A stretch of DNA of 64,000 nucleotides, taken from assembly GCA_041648665.1 (NCBI GenBank), contig JBAZOP010000003.1:5082-69081 (forward strand), written 5' to 3'. Every line of letters starts with the position of its first letter. Position 1 is the stretch's first letter. This DNA comes from a bacterium (GTDB lineage Bacteria > UBA10199 > 2-02-FULL-44-16 > JAAZCA01). The notes beneath the pieces are model-generated. The model saw only the letters and a program-made list of their open reading frames with translations, did not search any database and had not been told where the DNA came from. Of the stretch, positions 46,394 through 56,005 are shown in pieces. The translations under genes and the position numbers were made by a program.

Positions 46394-47395
46394 ATGCCGC
46401 TGTCCGATGTCGAATCGTTGGCGAAGCAGGTGCAGCCGCTCTACCCGGAGATGGCGACGCCGGAAGATCGGCTCATGGCGGCGTACAAGGCCGCGCGCGC
46501 AGCGTTGATCGAGACGTTGCCCAAAGGCACGACCGTTGATCCGTTGGCAGCAACGATCGCGCAGCAGACCGTGGAGCAGCAGTTCGATGCGCGCGTCCCG
46601 GCTCTTCAGTCGTCCTTCCAGAACAACACCGATCTCTCGGCTGACGATGCGGCGAAGCTGACCGCTGAGCAGAGCAGGCAGCACTACCTGTACAAGTACC
46701 TCATCGCGTGCGACGGGCTCGGCCTGTACGCGAGCGGGTACGCAAAGCAGCTCGATGCCAACGGGGAGTTCCCGGGCGACTACAACAAGAGCGTCGAGGA
46801 CAGAATCCGCATCTTTTCCGAGATCACGCATGCGCACGGGACAGGGGCACTCGTCGGTCTGGTGAACAACGAAGCCGTCGTGCAGCAGGCTGCCCAGCGA
46901 GCCGCGATGTCGGGGCTCGGCGGAGTCGGGCAGGGGCAGGTGACCACGTTCATCGGATCCAAGGGCATGACGATCACCCTGCCGTCTTCGAGCGGCGCAG
47001 CCGGGCTGGGCGCACCCTTGCCATGGCAGGCCTGGGTTTTGATCGGTGTCGGCACCATCGTCGCAGGCGTCGTCATCTACCTGCTGGGAAGCAAGCGGAT
47101 CGAGACGACAGCTGAGACGACCAGAATCATCTGCCTCAAGCTCATCGAGAGCGGGGACAAGGCAGCCGCCAAGAGCTGCATCGACCTCCAGAAGGAAGCG
47201 ACAAACATCGGCGGCGTTGGCGACATCATTGGCAAGGAGACCATGCAGACGCTCACGAAGTACGCGTTCGTCGGTGGTCTGCTCATCCTCACCGTGATGT
47301 TCCTGCCGACGATCGTGGGCTCCGTCACCCAGGCGCAGACGACGTACCAGATGCACAAGGCTGTGCGCGCGGCAGCGAACCGTCGAAGGCGATGA
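46394..47395 (+). CDS. Arg-tail family member, divergent (AAANRRRR)
   Basis: 333 aa with two TM helices and a C-terminal KAVRAAANRRRR. Confidence 0.5.
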   Translation: MPLSDVESLAKQVQPLYPEMATPEDRLMAAYKAARAALIETLPKGTTVDPLAATIAQQTVEQQFDARVPALQSSFQNNTDLSADDAAKLTAEQSRQHYLYKYLIACDGLGLYASGYAKQLDANGEFPGDYNKSVEDRIRIFSEITHAHGTGALVGLVNNEAVVQQAAQRAAMSGLGGVGQGQVTTFIGSKGMTITLPSSSGAAGLGAPLPWQAWVLIGVGTIVAGVVIYLLGSKRIETTAETTRIICLKLIESGDKAAAKSCIDLQKEATNIGGVGDIIGKETMQTLTKYAFVGGLLILTVMFLPTIVGSVTQAQTTYQMHKAVRAAANRRRR

Positions 47396-47796
47396 TGCGG
47401 TACTCGGTCCACAACGTGATGCGCGGCGGGTTCGACTACTACGACGGGCCGGATGTCACTCCGATCAACGATGACCAGCCCACGCCCTCGTTCGACTCCT
47501 CCATCCGCACCCCGCTCGGGATCCCCGCGAGCCTCGCAGGCAGGCCTCTGCCTCCCAACGCCTCCATCCGCGGGCACGGCGCGACGGCGCAAGGCGCGGT
47601 GTCTTCGGGCAAGCGCGGATCGTGGTCCACCACCGCAGCCAGGAATGGCGGCATGCCGTCTGGCATCGGCGCTGCGCTCGGGCTCGACGACTCCACGAGC
47701 AGGATGCTCCAGGCCGTTGTGGGCATCGTGGGGTTCGCCGGAATCTTCTATCTCATCACCCGTTTCGGCGACAGGGAGCGTAAACGTGTCCGCTAG
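47392..47796 (+). CDS. small membrane protein with basic C-terminus
   Basis: TM (VVGIVGFAGIFYLI) followed by GDRERKRVR. Confidence 0.4.
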   Translation: MMRYSVHNVMRGGFDYYDGPDVTPINDDQPTPSFDSSIRTPLGIPASLAGRPLPPNASIRGHGATAQGAVSSGKRGSWSTTAARNGGMPSGIGAALGLDDSTSRMLQAVVGIVGFAGIFYLITRFGDRERKRVR

Positions 47797-48355
47797 CCGC
47801 AACTTCTCGACCGAGCCGTCGCGTCGCACCGTTGTTCTCGACCTACCCGAGATATACGAACGTGCAAAGCAGATGCGCAAGGTCTTCCAGGGTGAGAAGC
47901 CAAAGAAGCGCGTAGAGATGCCATTTACGTGGCCCAGCTACTTCGTGTACGTGGGCCGCGCGCTCTCCGAGCTGTACTTCTCCGACAAGAAGCTCAACGG
48001 CGGGAAGTGGGAGATTTACAAGCACGTTGCGGAGGCTGGGCAGGATCTCTACGTCAATCCGAAGATCACGACGCTCATCAAGGATGACGGGCGCAAGATG
48101 CAGTACCGCGGCGACCGCTTCTGTCTGGAGGGCGCGATGCCGAAGGACATCGCCGTGCTCGCAGAGAACAGGGGCGTGCAGGTTGTGACGAAGAGCGGCG
48201 AATACTACGAGATTCGCATGCCGCACTCCACAACGGCGGCAGCGGTGCACCCCGAGACGGGCGAGACGTTCCTGCTTGTCTACTCGAAGGAAGGTGTGCA
48301 TTTCATCATCACGGGCGACGAGCTGACGATTGGGAAGGACGGCATTGCCGGATGA
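47786..48355 (+). CDS. hypothetical protein
   Basis: GTG start 8 nt after GGGAG, overlapping the upstream gene by 11 nt. Confidence 0.4.
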   Translation: MSASRNFSTEPSRRTVVLDLPEIYERAKQMRKVFQGEKPKKRVEMPFTWPSYFVYVGRALSELYFSDKKLNGGKWEIYKHVAEAGQDLYVNPKITTLIKDDGRKMQYRGDRFCLEGAMPKDIAVLAENRGVQVVTKSGEYYEIRMPHSTTAAAVHPETGETFLLVYSKEGVHFIITGDELTIGKDGIAG

Positions 48356-48714
48356 GAGCCAACGACGCGCAGGTGCTTCAGGTGTGGACCGCCGCGTGGT
48401 CCTGGAAGGATGCTGCGGAGCCCTGCGAGTACGTGTTCGCCAGGACGGAGTCGGAGTGCCTGGGTCTTCTCGGGCGCAGACTTCACAAGGCCAAGAATGT
48501 GCTCGTGAGGCTCAAGATCGTGCGCAACGGGAAGCTGGCGTCCACATACTTGAAGGACGCGAAGCCCAGGGTTGTGGACATCTTCGACCCCGAGCTTCGG
48601 GATTTCGCCAAGGACTTGCTGCCCGACTTCAACAGGGCGGGTGCGGCGGTCCGAAGTTCGGACGAATACGCCGATCTCGTCGAGTGCGCCGACCTCAGTC
48701 TCGGCGACCTCTGA
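48352..48714 (+). CDS. hypothetical protein
   Basis: ATGA-coupled to the upstream gene. 120 aa. Confidence 0.45.
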   Translation: MRANDAQVLQVWTAAWSWKDAAEPCEYVFARTESECLGLLGRRLHKAKNVLVRLKIVRNGKLASTYLKDAKPRVVDIFDPELRDFAKDLLPDFNRAGAAVRSSDEYADLVECADLSLGDL

Positions 48715-48832
48715 GCGCGCCCTCGGGAACTTGACACCGTTGCGGATCTTGCCGTAGACTGCCTCTCACGTAGCAAGAGCCTCGTTGGCCCAGGGTGACG
48801 AGTTCAGCTCCCGCGAACTGAGCGGAGTTGTA

Positions 48833-48862
48833 TTCCAACGGCGTGCAGGCCGATATCTGCAA
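48833..48862 (+). promoter_or_regulatory. fifth copy of the 30-bp element (reverse-complement orientation, so on the coding strand), 10 nt upstream of the ATG of the polybasic gene
   Basis: TTCCAACGGCGTGCAGGCCGATATCTGCAA is the reverse complement of the repeat consensus. Confidence 0.5.
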
Positions 48863-48872
48863 TCATCACCCG

Positions 48873-51305
48873 ATGGCACGAGGAAGGATTTTCCGGATCA
48901 CGAAGGCCCAGGCAAAGGCCTACGAAATCCTGGATCCGCCCTCGACGCGCTCGGCCCGCCCGAACCCAGGCGTCACGGCCATCATGGGGATCACCAACGG
49001 TCGCGGAGCTGCGAAGCGCGGGGCTCGCAAGGGCAAGGCTCGCAAGTCGGTCCGCATGCTCGGCGGCATCAGCTGCCCCAAGACGGCTCCGAAGAAGCAC
49101 CGCATGGCAGGGGCGACGAAGCGCTCAGACTACGCGCTGCCGCAGTGCTTCCACTACCCGGTGCGCACGCGCGGCAAGGCTTCCGTCTTGAAGATCCGGC
49201 GAGCCCTGACCCGCTACGGCACGCACAAGAGCAGGTACTCGCCCGCCGTCCGCAGGCAGATCGAGCGCGGGATCGCGAAGGCTGCGAAAGAAGCCGGGAT
49301 GACGAGTCCCGTGGCGATGAAGTACCGCAAGAAGTTCGCACTGGCGAATGCAAAAGGAGAAAGCCCCATGTTCGTCGTCCCCAATGCCGCGCGCAAGCGC
49401 GCAAGGCGCAAGTCCAAGTCGCGCAAGCTGTCCCCGGCTCATGCCTTCTTCTTGTACCCGACCACCAAGGGCAAGATCGGCGCGTCGGCGTCCCCGAACC
49501 GCAAGCGCAAGGCGCGCAAGGCCCGGAAGGGTGCTCGCAAGCTGAAGTTTGGCTCGCCCGCATGGCAGAAGAAGTTCAACCCGCTGTACGGCGGCAAGGG
49601 CAAGACGCGCAAGGGCAAGAAGTCGACTGCCAAGCGTCGGACCGCGCGTCGGATGGTTACGTCGGGCGTTCGTCGCGTGACCGTTCGTCGTGGCAAGGGC
49701 AAGCGCCGCAGCGGTCTGAGCGTCGCTCTGCGCAACATGTCGATCCTTCCTGCGGTGCCGAACAAGCGTCGCCGCTCGACCAAGAAGTACAGCGCCGCGT
49801 GGCATCGCAAGATGACGCATGCGGTCGCGAACCGCTATCGTCGGCGCGCTCGGCGCAACGCAGAGGGCGAGGGGATCTTCTTCCCGGGCGAGGGCGGAGG
49901 TTCGTTCATGGACGAGCCCTCCACCATCATGTCCGAGGCGCAGGAGAAGAAGCTCGCTGCTGCCGCCACTGCCGAAGGCATCGCTCAAGACATGTTCAAG
50001 ACTCAGGCGGATTTCGACGCGTGGTTCGCGAACATGTACAAGAGCAAGACGTTCCGCAAGTTCTACATGTCATTCAGACGAAGGCGCACTGCGCTCTCCA
50101 AGCGAGGTAGGAAGATGGCAACCAGGAAGAAGGGCAAGAAGGCTGCGGGCCGCAAGCCTCGCAAGGGCAAGAAGGCTCGCAAGGCACGCAAGGGAACCCG
50201 CAAGCTGAAGTTCGGCTCGCCCGCATGGCGCAAGAAGTACGCGCGCAAGATCGCGGCGGGTCGGCGCAAGGCGAAGCGGCACGGCACGCGCAAGGCTGCG
50301 AAGCGTCGCAAGAGCGGCTCGCGCAGCAAGCGCCGGGTCACGCGTCGTCGAGGCACCGCACGTCGTCGGAGCGCAGCGCGCCGCCGCACGGGTGGTCGTA
50401 GGCTCAAGTTCGGCTCGAAGGCGTACAACAAGAAGTACGCGGCCAAGCGCAAGCGCAACCTTCGGTCGGCGAAGCGTCACGGCAAGCGCAGGGCTCGCCG
50501 GAACTTCAGCTTCCGTGCCATCCCGAACCAGCTGCTCATGCGCGTCAAGGCCATGGCGATCCCTGGGCTCATCGCGCTCGGTGGCTACGCCATCCATCGC
50601 GTTGTGACCAAGGTTCTGTCCAAGGCCATCGGCGGCACGGTCACGAGCTACGCCGAACCCCTGAGCGGGCTCGTCGCGATCGCGGCTGGCACCTGGGCGG
50701 TTGGCAAGTTCCTGCCGCAGCACTCTCATGCTGCGATCATGGGCATGGCCGTCAGCTTCGGCGCGTTGCTCCTCAAGAGCTTCCTGCCCGACGTTGCGAC
50801 CTACCTGGGCATGGGCTCGGTCGGATCGCAGAACCAGCGCGTGCGCTGGGGCATGCAGGGACCGGAGTTCATGCAGGCGGCTGCTGGCCCGGAGTTCATG
50901 CAGGCGGCTGCTGGCCCGGGGTTCCTCCAGGCGGCTGCTGACTACTACCAGCCCGCGAGCGGGATCGGCGAGTACGTCAGCGATGGTTCGCTCTCTCCCG
51001 TGAGCGACTTCGGCGAGTACGTCGCGAGCAATCTCGACGTGAGCGGCTGGGGTGACTACGAGGTGAGCACCCAGTACCAGACCGGCGCGGACGGCTACGG
51101 AGCCATCAACGACGGGATCCAGCCGGGCGGCAATCTCGATCAGCAGTTCAACATCATGGAAGCGGCGGCGGGGCTCGGTCTGAACAGCCCCGGCAGCTCG
51201 TCCACCTACGTCCCGCACGAGGGCATGCGCAACGTGGCCTCTGCGGAATCGAGCGACAGCTCGGGCGTGTTCGATGTCGGCGGAGGCAACGGCGTCCTGG
51301 GCTGA
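48873..51305 (+). CDS. 810-aa polybasic (protamine/histone-like) repeat protein with TM segments and an acidic C-terminal domain
   Basis: The first ~550 aa are extremely Lys/Arg-rich, with three ARKARKGxRKLKFGSPAW(Q/R)KK(F/Y)-type repeats. These are followed by hydrophobic helices and then GPEFMQAAAGPEFMQAAAGPGFLQAAA repeats in an acidic tail. The 30-bp element lies 10 nt upstream. Confidence 0.6.
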   Translation: MARGRIFRITKAQAKAYEILDPPSTRSARPNPGVTAIMGITNGRGAAKRGARKGKARKSVRMLGGISCPKTAPKKHRMAGATKRSDYALPQCFHYPVRTRGKASVLKIRRALTRYGTHKSRYSPAVRRQIERGIAKAAKEAGMTSPVAMKYRKKFALANAKGESPMFVVPNAARKRARRKSKSRKLSPAHAFFLYPTTKGKIGASASPNRKRKARKARKGARKLKFGSPAWQKKFNPLYGGKGKTRKGKKSTAKRRTARRMVTSGVRRVTVRRGKGKRRSGLSVALRNMSILPAVPNKRRRSTKKYSAAWHRKMTHAVANRYRRRARRNAEGEGIFFPGEGGGSFMDEPSTIMSEAQEKKLAAAATAEGIAQDMFKTQADFDAWFANMYKSKTFRKFYMSFRRRRTALSKRGRKMATRKKGKKAAGRKPRKGKKARKARKGTRKLKFGSPAWRKKYARKIAAGRRKAKRHGTRKAAKRRKSGSRSKRRVTRRRGTARRRSAARRRTGGRRLKFGSKAYNKKYAAKRKRNLRSAKRHGKRRARRNFSFRAIPNQLLMRVKAMAIPGLIALGGYAIHRVVTKVLSKAIGGTVTSYAEPLSGLVAIAAGTWAVGKFLPQHSHAAIMGMAVSFGALLLKSFLPDVATYLGMGSVGSQNQRVRWGMQGPEFMQAAAGPEFMQAAAGPGFLQAAADYYQPASGIGEYVSDGSLSPVSDFGEYVASNLDVSGWGDYEVSTQYQTGADGYGAINDGIQPGGNLDQQFNIMEAAAGLGLNSPGSSSTYVPHEGMRNVASAESSDSSGVFDVGGGNGVLG

Positions 51306-51434
51306 GCCAGGGCGAAGTGATCGGATCCGGATAGTGGCAGGAGCAAGCTAGGAAACGTCAGTCTGGAGAGCCAGCGGCATAGAGGAACCAGCCTCTCAAA
51401 TCATGGTACCGCTGGCAGAAAGAGAAACGCAGTC

Positions 51435-52199
51435 ATGGCAAAGATTCTCAACATCCGCGAACGTGTTCATCAACCCTTTCGTGACGCGCTGTGTCGGACA
51501 GCCGGTCTGTTTCAGGGTGCCCTGAATCAGACGACCGACTTGTTCATCACGCAGGGGCGTGACGAGGGCTTCACGAACCTCAAGACGAGCGCCGTGCTTC
51601 CGAACGACTCGTCCATGATCATCCTCGCGGCGAGGGTGCTTCAGTGGTTCCGCGCTCCGGTGCGCCGCAACTTCAATCCGGATGGCACCGTTCTGACGAA
51701 CGGCGACTACGGTCCCATCGGCCTCGCGGCGTGGGTGTGGCCGAACGGTGCGGGCGCAGTCGCGCTCGGCAACGCCCCGGCGAACTACGAGGACGTGTAC
51801 CGCATGCACTGGCAGTGCGCCGAGGGTCTGTTCTGGACGATCGGCGCTGGCGAGAAGGACTCGCTGCGCAGCATGCCGACGATGTACTTCCCCATGGGCG
51901 GCGGTCTGCACGGGGACATCGGCGGGGCGACGGACCTCATCCACTTCAACAACGGCTCACCGAGCCACACGTCGATCCTTCGGATCGCGCGCGCTATCAC
52001 CATCACCCCGCGCCAGCTGATCAAGGCGCAGGTGACCGCCGTGTCGTACCCGGCTGGTGGAAACCAGACGATCTTCGGCACTTCGACGGCGCAGGGGCGC
52101 GACATGCTGAACCCGATCAGCAACCTGAACTGCGTCGATGCGATGGGCAAGGTCGTTGCCCTCGTGATCGACGGGTTGCTGAGCCGCGACGTTCAGTAA
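51435..52199 (+). CDS. candidate coat protein (paralog A)
   Basis: 254 aa starting MAKILNIRERVHQPFRDALCRTAGL. About 70 % identical to the next gene by eye. Confidence 0.35.
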   Translation: MAKILNIRERVHQPFRDALCRTAGLFQGALNQTTDLFITQGRDEGFTNLKTSAVLPNDSSMIILAARVLQWFRAPVRRNFNPDGTVLTNGDYGPIGLAAWVWPNGAGAVALGNAPANYEDVYRMHWQCAEGLFWTIGAGEKDSLRSMPTMYFPMGGGLHGDIGGATDLIHFNNGSPSHTSILRIARAITITPRQLIKAQVTAVSYPAGGNQTIFGTSTAQGRDMLNPISNLNCVDAMGKVVALVIDGLLSRDVQ

Positions 52200-52277
52200 C
52201 CAGAACAGGGCAGCCGCCCCGGAGACCCGATCTCGCGCTCCGGGGCGTCGGTCCATCACTGGAAAGGAAGGCTCCTC

Positions 52278-53096
52278 GTGGCCAAGATTCTGAACATTCG
52301 AGAGAGGGTTCACCAGCCCTTTCGCGACGCGCTGTGCCGCACGGCGGGCCTCTCGCGAGGCAACCTGAACCAGACAACCGACCTGTTCATCGCGCAGGGC
52401 CGGGACGAAGGTTTCACGAACCTCAAGACGAGCGCCGTACTTCCGAACGACGCGTCCATGATCATCCTCGCGGCCCGCGTCATGCAGTGGTTCCGCAGGC
52501 CGGTCCCTCGCGATATGGCCGATGCCACCAACGTCACCCTGAACGGTGACTACGGGATGATCGACGGAACGGTCCCGTTCGCGTGGCCGAATGCGGTCGG
52601 TGGCGTAGCAGAGGGAAACGCTCCTGGGCTACACAACGATGTGTACCGGTTGCACTGGCAGTGCGCCGAAGGTCTGTTCTGGACGATCGGCGCTGGCGAG
52701 AAGGACTCGCTGCGCAGCATGCCGACGATGTACTTCCCGGCAGGTGGCGGGCTTCACGGCAAGATCGGCGCAAGAACAGGCATCATCTGGTGGTTCGACA
52801 GGCAGGGGCAGTACGTCCACTTCCATGCCCCGCTGATCCACTACAACAACGGCTGTCCGACGCACACCGCGATTTTGCGGCTCGCGCGCGCCATCACCAT
52901 CACCCCGCGCCAGCTGATCAAGGCGCAGGTGACGGCGGTCCGCTATCCCGATGGCGGCAACGCCACGCTTTTCGGGACAACGACCGCCAATGGCCGGGAC
53001 ATGCTCAACCCGATCGACAACCTCAACGCCGTCGATGCGTGCGGCAAGGTCGTGTCCCTGATCCTGGACGGCCTCCTGAGCCGTGACGTGCAGTAG
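52278..53096 (+). CDS. candidate coat protein (paralog B)
   Basis: GTG start after GGAAAGGAAGG. 272 aa, same N-terminus as paralog A. Confidence 0.35.
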   Translation: MAKILNIRERVHQPFRDALCRTAGLSRGNLNQTTDLFIAQGRDEGFTNLKTSAVLPNDASMIILAARVMQWFRRPVPRDMADATNVTLNGDYGMIDGTVPFAWPNAVGGVAEGNAPGLHNDVYRLHWQCAEGLFWTIGAGEKDSLRSMPTMYFPAGGGLHGKIGARTGIIWWFDRQGQYVHFHAPLIHYNNGCPTHTAILRLARAITITPRQLIKAQVTAVRYPDGGNATLFGTTTANGRDMLNPIDNLNAVDACGKVVSLILDGLLSRDVQ

Positions 53097-53198
53097 CCGG
53101 ATGCGGGCAGACGCGCCCGTAAACGGTCCTCAAGTCTGATTGGTCTCGCGCCGGGCGGCAGCGTCGGCCACCCGGCGCTCCGCAAGGAGCGAACCAAA

Positions 53199-54185
53199 GT
53201 GATCAACGAAGCGGCACTTCAGCAATTTCTCAACCAGATCCAATCCGCCGCCAACGGGGCAGCGAAGATGGCCCGAGACGGCCTCGCCGCTGCGCAGGAC
53301 GCGCGGGCCACGGCTGCGCAGCTCCGTGGTGAGCACGCGGAAGCACAGAAGAAGATGCAGGAGTGGGACTCCAAGGTTGGGGGTCTCAAGATCCGGTCTT
53401 CGGTCGGCGCGGGCATGGGGCGACCCGACCTCCTGATGATCGAGGACATCCCCGGTCGCCGGATCCCGTTCGACGTGATCGTTCCGCTCGGCATCCCCGC
53501 GAACCTGACAACGTCGGTGCCGGGGACCTATCAGGTCTCGATGGACGGGCCGTTCGTGGCGACGAGTCGGTTCGCCATCTTCGTGTCGAGCTACACGTTC
53601 CAGGTCACGGTCCAGTCTTCGACGACGCGGTTCGTGGGCCGGTCGTTCGGCAGGCAGAGGCCGATCAGCTCCGTGAACGACATCATGGACGCGATGAGCG
53701 GCTGGGCCAACACGAACTTCGACGCGGACACCTGGGCATGCCCGGCAACGCTTCCTCAAGAGGCGTCGATGGCGATCCCGGTCAACAAGTCCGGGTTCCG
53801 CACCATGGAAGGTGACTTCTACATCCAGGTGCGCGATCAGGCATACCCCCGACAGAACCAAGCCGTTCCGTCTGGCGTGTGGGCTCCTGGCTTCAAGCAG
53901 TCGATGGGCCTGTCGGTGCTCGACTACTGGGAGAAGGGCACGACGATCCAGATCGATGTCGAGCCCGCTCACGTCAACAACCCGCCCAACGGCAACATCG
54001 CATCGCTGTTCGGTACCTATCCGTACCTGGACTCGCAGTACGACGTGCACGAGGGCATCATGTACCCGCCGTATGCGTGCACTGGCGTGACGAGCGATTC
54101 GGTCACGCGTAACCCGATCGGGACACTGATCTGCGGCTACCACGGCTTCCGGATCCTGCATCCCGCAGGCGTTGCGGTGAGGTAA
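53199..54185 (+). CDS. beta-rich structural protein candidate
   Basis: AAGGAG RBS followed by a GTG start. 328 aa. Confidence 0.35.
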   Translation: MINEAALQQFLNQIQSAANGAAKMARDGLAAAQDARATAAQLRGEHAEAQKKMQEWDSKVGGLKIRSSVGAGMGRPDLLMIEDIPGRRIPFDVIVPLGIPANLTTSVPGTYQVSMDGPFVATSRFAIFVSSYTFQVTVQSSTTRFVGRSFGRQRPISSVNDIMDAMSGWANTNFDADTWACPATLPQEASMAIPVNKSGFRTMEGDFYIQVRDQAYPRQNQAVPSGVWAPGFKQSMGLSVLDYWEKGTTIQIDVEPAHVNNPPNGNIASLFGTYPYLDSQYDVHEGIMYPPYACTGVTSDSVTRNPIGTLICGYHGFRILHPAGVAVR

Positions 54186-54186
54186 C

Positions 54187-54960
54187 ATGGCCCAGTATCC
54201 CCCGGCCAACGTGTGCCCGGCCACCCCGGTCGGCCCGACTTCTGCGATGCCCGGCGGCGGGATCGCACCCGGAGACATCAAGCGAACGCTGGAGCTTGCG
54301 GGGCCGTTCTCTGCGTACACGCGGCACCCTGAGCTTGAAGACTTCGAGCAGATGTTCCGCGTCGAGCCAGACGACAGCTGGTTCTCGGTCGATAGGTCAC
54401 CGAACAGCCCGATCCAGTTCGAGATCGCGGCGGTGACGACGGGCGACAACCAGATGCTCTTCATCTACGACTACTCGGTGCAGGTGTTCGGCTTCTCCGG
54501 GATCAACGCTCACGACTTCGAGCCGTTGGAGGACGGGCGGCACTCGGGCGCGTTCGGCTACGTGCTCAGAATCAACGGACGGTCCCCCGGGGCCCTTCAC
54601 TACCGGCTCGACCCGGTCTCCCCGAACCTTCGCCCGATCGCTATCCAGCTTCAGGGTGCGTGGCCGAACCCTACGGCCATCCCCGGGCCCGACCCGTACG
54701 CGCGGGCCCTCGCGGACCAGTTCGCGTCCTCTGCTGGCTTCGGCGCATCCATCCATCCCCAGAGCCCGGGGAGGTTCGGCGCGCACAACGCGAAGTTCAC
54801 GCTGTTCGTACAGCCGAATCAGGCCCTGGACGTGACAGGCGTGATCTTCAACATGATCGAGAGCCCCATCGCATTCATCCAGGCGAGACTCAGCGGCTAC
54901 GTGTGCTCGGTCAACCTTGGCAACAAGATTCTGGCTGACATGCGATCCTGCCTGCGCTAG
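54187..54960 (+). CDS. hypothetical protein
   Basis: GTGAGGTAAC immediately precedes the ATG. 257 aa. Confidence 0.4.
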   Translation: MAQYPPANVCPATPVGPTSAMPGGGIAPGDIKRTLELAGPFSAYTRHPELEDFEQMFRVEPDDSWFSVDRSPNSPIQFEIAAVTTGDNQMLFIYDYSVQVFGFSGINAHDFEPLEDGRHSGAFGYVLRINGRSPGALHYRLDPVSPNLRPIAIQLQGAWPNPTAIPGPDPYARALADQFASSAGFGASIHPQSPGRFGAHNAKFTLFVQPNQALDVTGVIFNMIESPIAFIQARLSGYVCSVNLGNKILADMRSCLR

Positions 54961-55057
54961 TTTGGGATCTTCCGGCCCTGGTGTAGAATCGAGACTCCTG
55001 CGGAGGCAGCGCAAAAGCCCGAGCAGACCCTGGATCGATCTACATCGGGGCCACTTC

Positions 55058-56005
55058 ATGCAAACACCCGCATCGTCAGGATTCAATCTCACGCGCTGGT
55101 ACTTCTACGCAGACGCGGAGAGTACGAAGCAGGCCGCGTGGTCCGTGGACAGGGACGCGCTGTACGTCGTGCGCTTCTTCGTCAAGAACTGGAGCCGGGA
55201 GTCGCAGCTCTCAACGAGCGGGGGAGCAAGCGGCAGCAGCTGGAAGCTGTTCAAGAACCTGTGCGGCGTTCTCGCGCGAAGCATCGAGCGGTACACGGTG
55301 CGCGGCGTGACGATGCTGCATGTCGCGAAGATGACCGATCAGATCGGCGTGCTCGCCCCCCTCTGGAGCCTTGATCGTCTTGGATGGATGGACACGGACG
55401 AAGGCTCGTGGATCATCGATCTGGTGATCAGGGCAGATGACGACCAGACCATCTTCAAGCCAGAACTCGGGGTATGGACCGCCGAAGTTGCAAAAGCGCT
55501 TGCGGGAGCAGGGTACCAAAGCCCTTCTGTCCACGTCATGGGCATCGTTACGCTTCATTGCGGACCGAGCACTTCGGTATGCAGGCTCAACACCCCACAG
55601 GACTCCACTCCGGAAATCACAGCCGAGGTCGAGTCGTACTGGATGGGGATGCCAGACCTGATACGCGTCACGCTTCCGAAGGCGGAGCTGGATGCCGGGA
55701 AGACCGAGCCCCATACCGAGCTTCTCGACCCGTACGTGGACTGGTCAACGAAAAGGAGCTGCATCGGCTACGGCGGCGCGCAGTACGCTATCGGGCTTCA
55801 CGACCACATCGGCCTGTACGGCGAGCTGAAGCCCATCTTCGAGTGCTCTGGGACGAAAGAGACGATCCTGGACGACATCGCGAAGGCGGTGCCGAAGGCC
55901 GCTGCCACCGTGGCTGGCTTTTCGACGAGCCAGAAGATCGTGGTCGGGATTTTTGTCCTCGCGGGCTTCGTGATTGGAGTGAAATGGCGTAGAATGCGCG
56001 TATGA
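55058..56005 (+). CDS. protein with C-terminal TM and basic end
   Basis: Start MQTPASSGF. C-terminus KIVVGIFVLAGFVIGVKWRRMRV. Confidence 0.4.
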   Translation: MQTPASSGFNLTRWYFYADAESTKQAAWSVDRDALYVVRFFVKNWSRESQLSTSGGASGSSWKLFKNLCGVLARSIERYTVRGVTMLHVAKMTDQIGVLAPLWSLDRLGWMDTDEGSWIIDLVIRADDDQTIFKPELGVWTAEVAKALAGAGYQSPSVHVMGIVTLHCGPSTSVCRLNTPQDSTPEITAEVESYWMGMPDLIRVTLPKAELDAGKTEPHTELLDPYVDWSTKRSCIGYGGAQYAIGLHDHIGLYGELKPIFECSGTKETILDDIAKAVPKAAATVAGFSTSQKIVVGIFVLAGFVIGVKWRRMRV

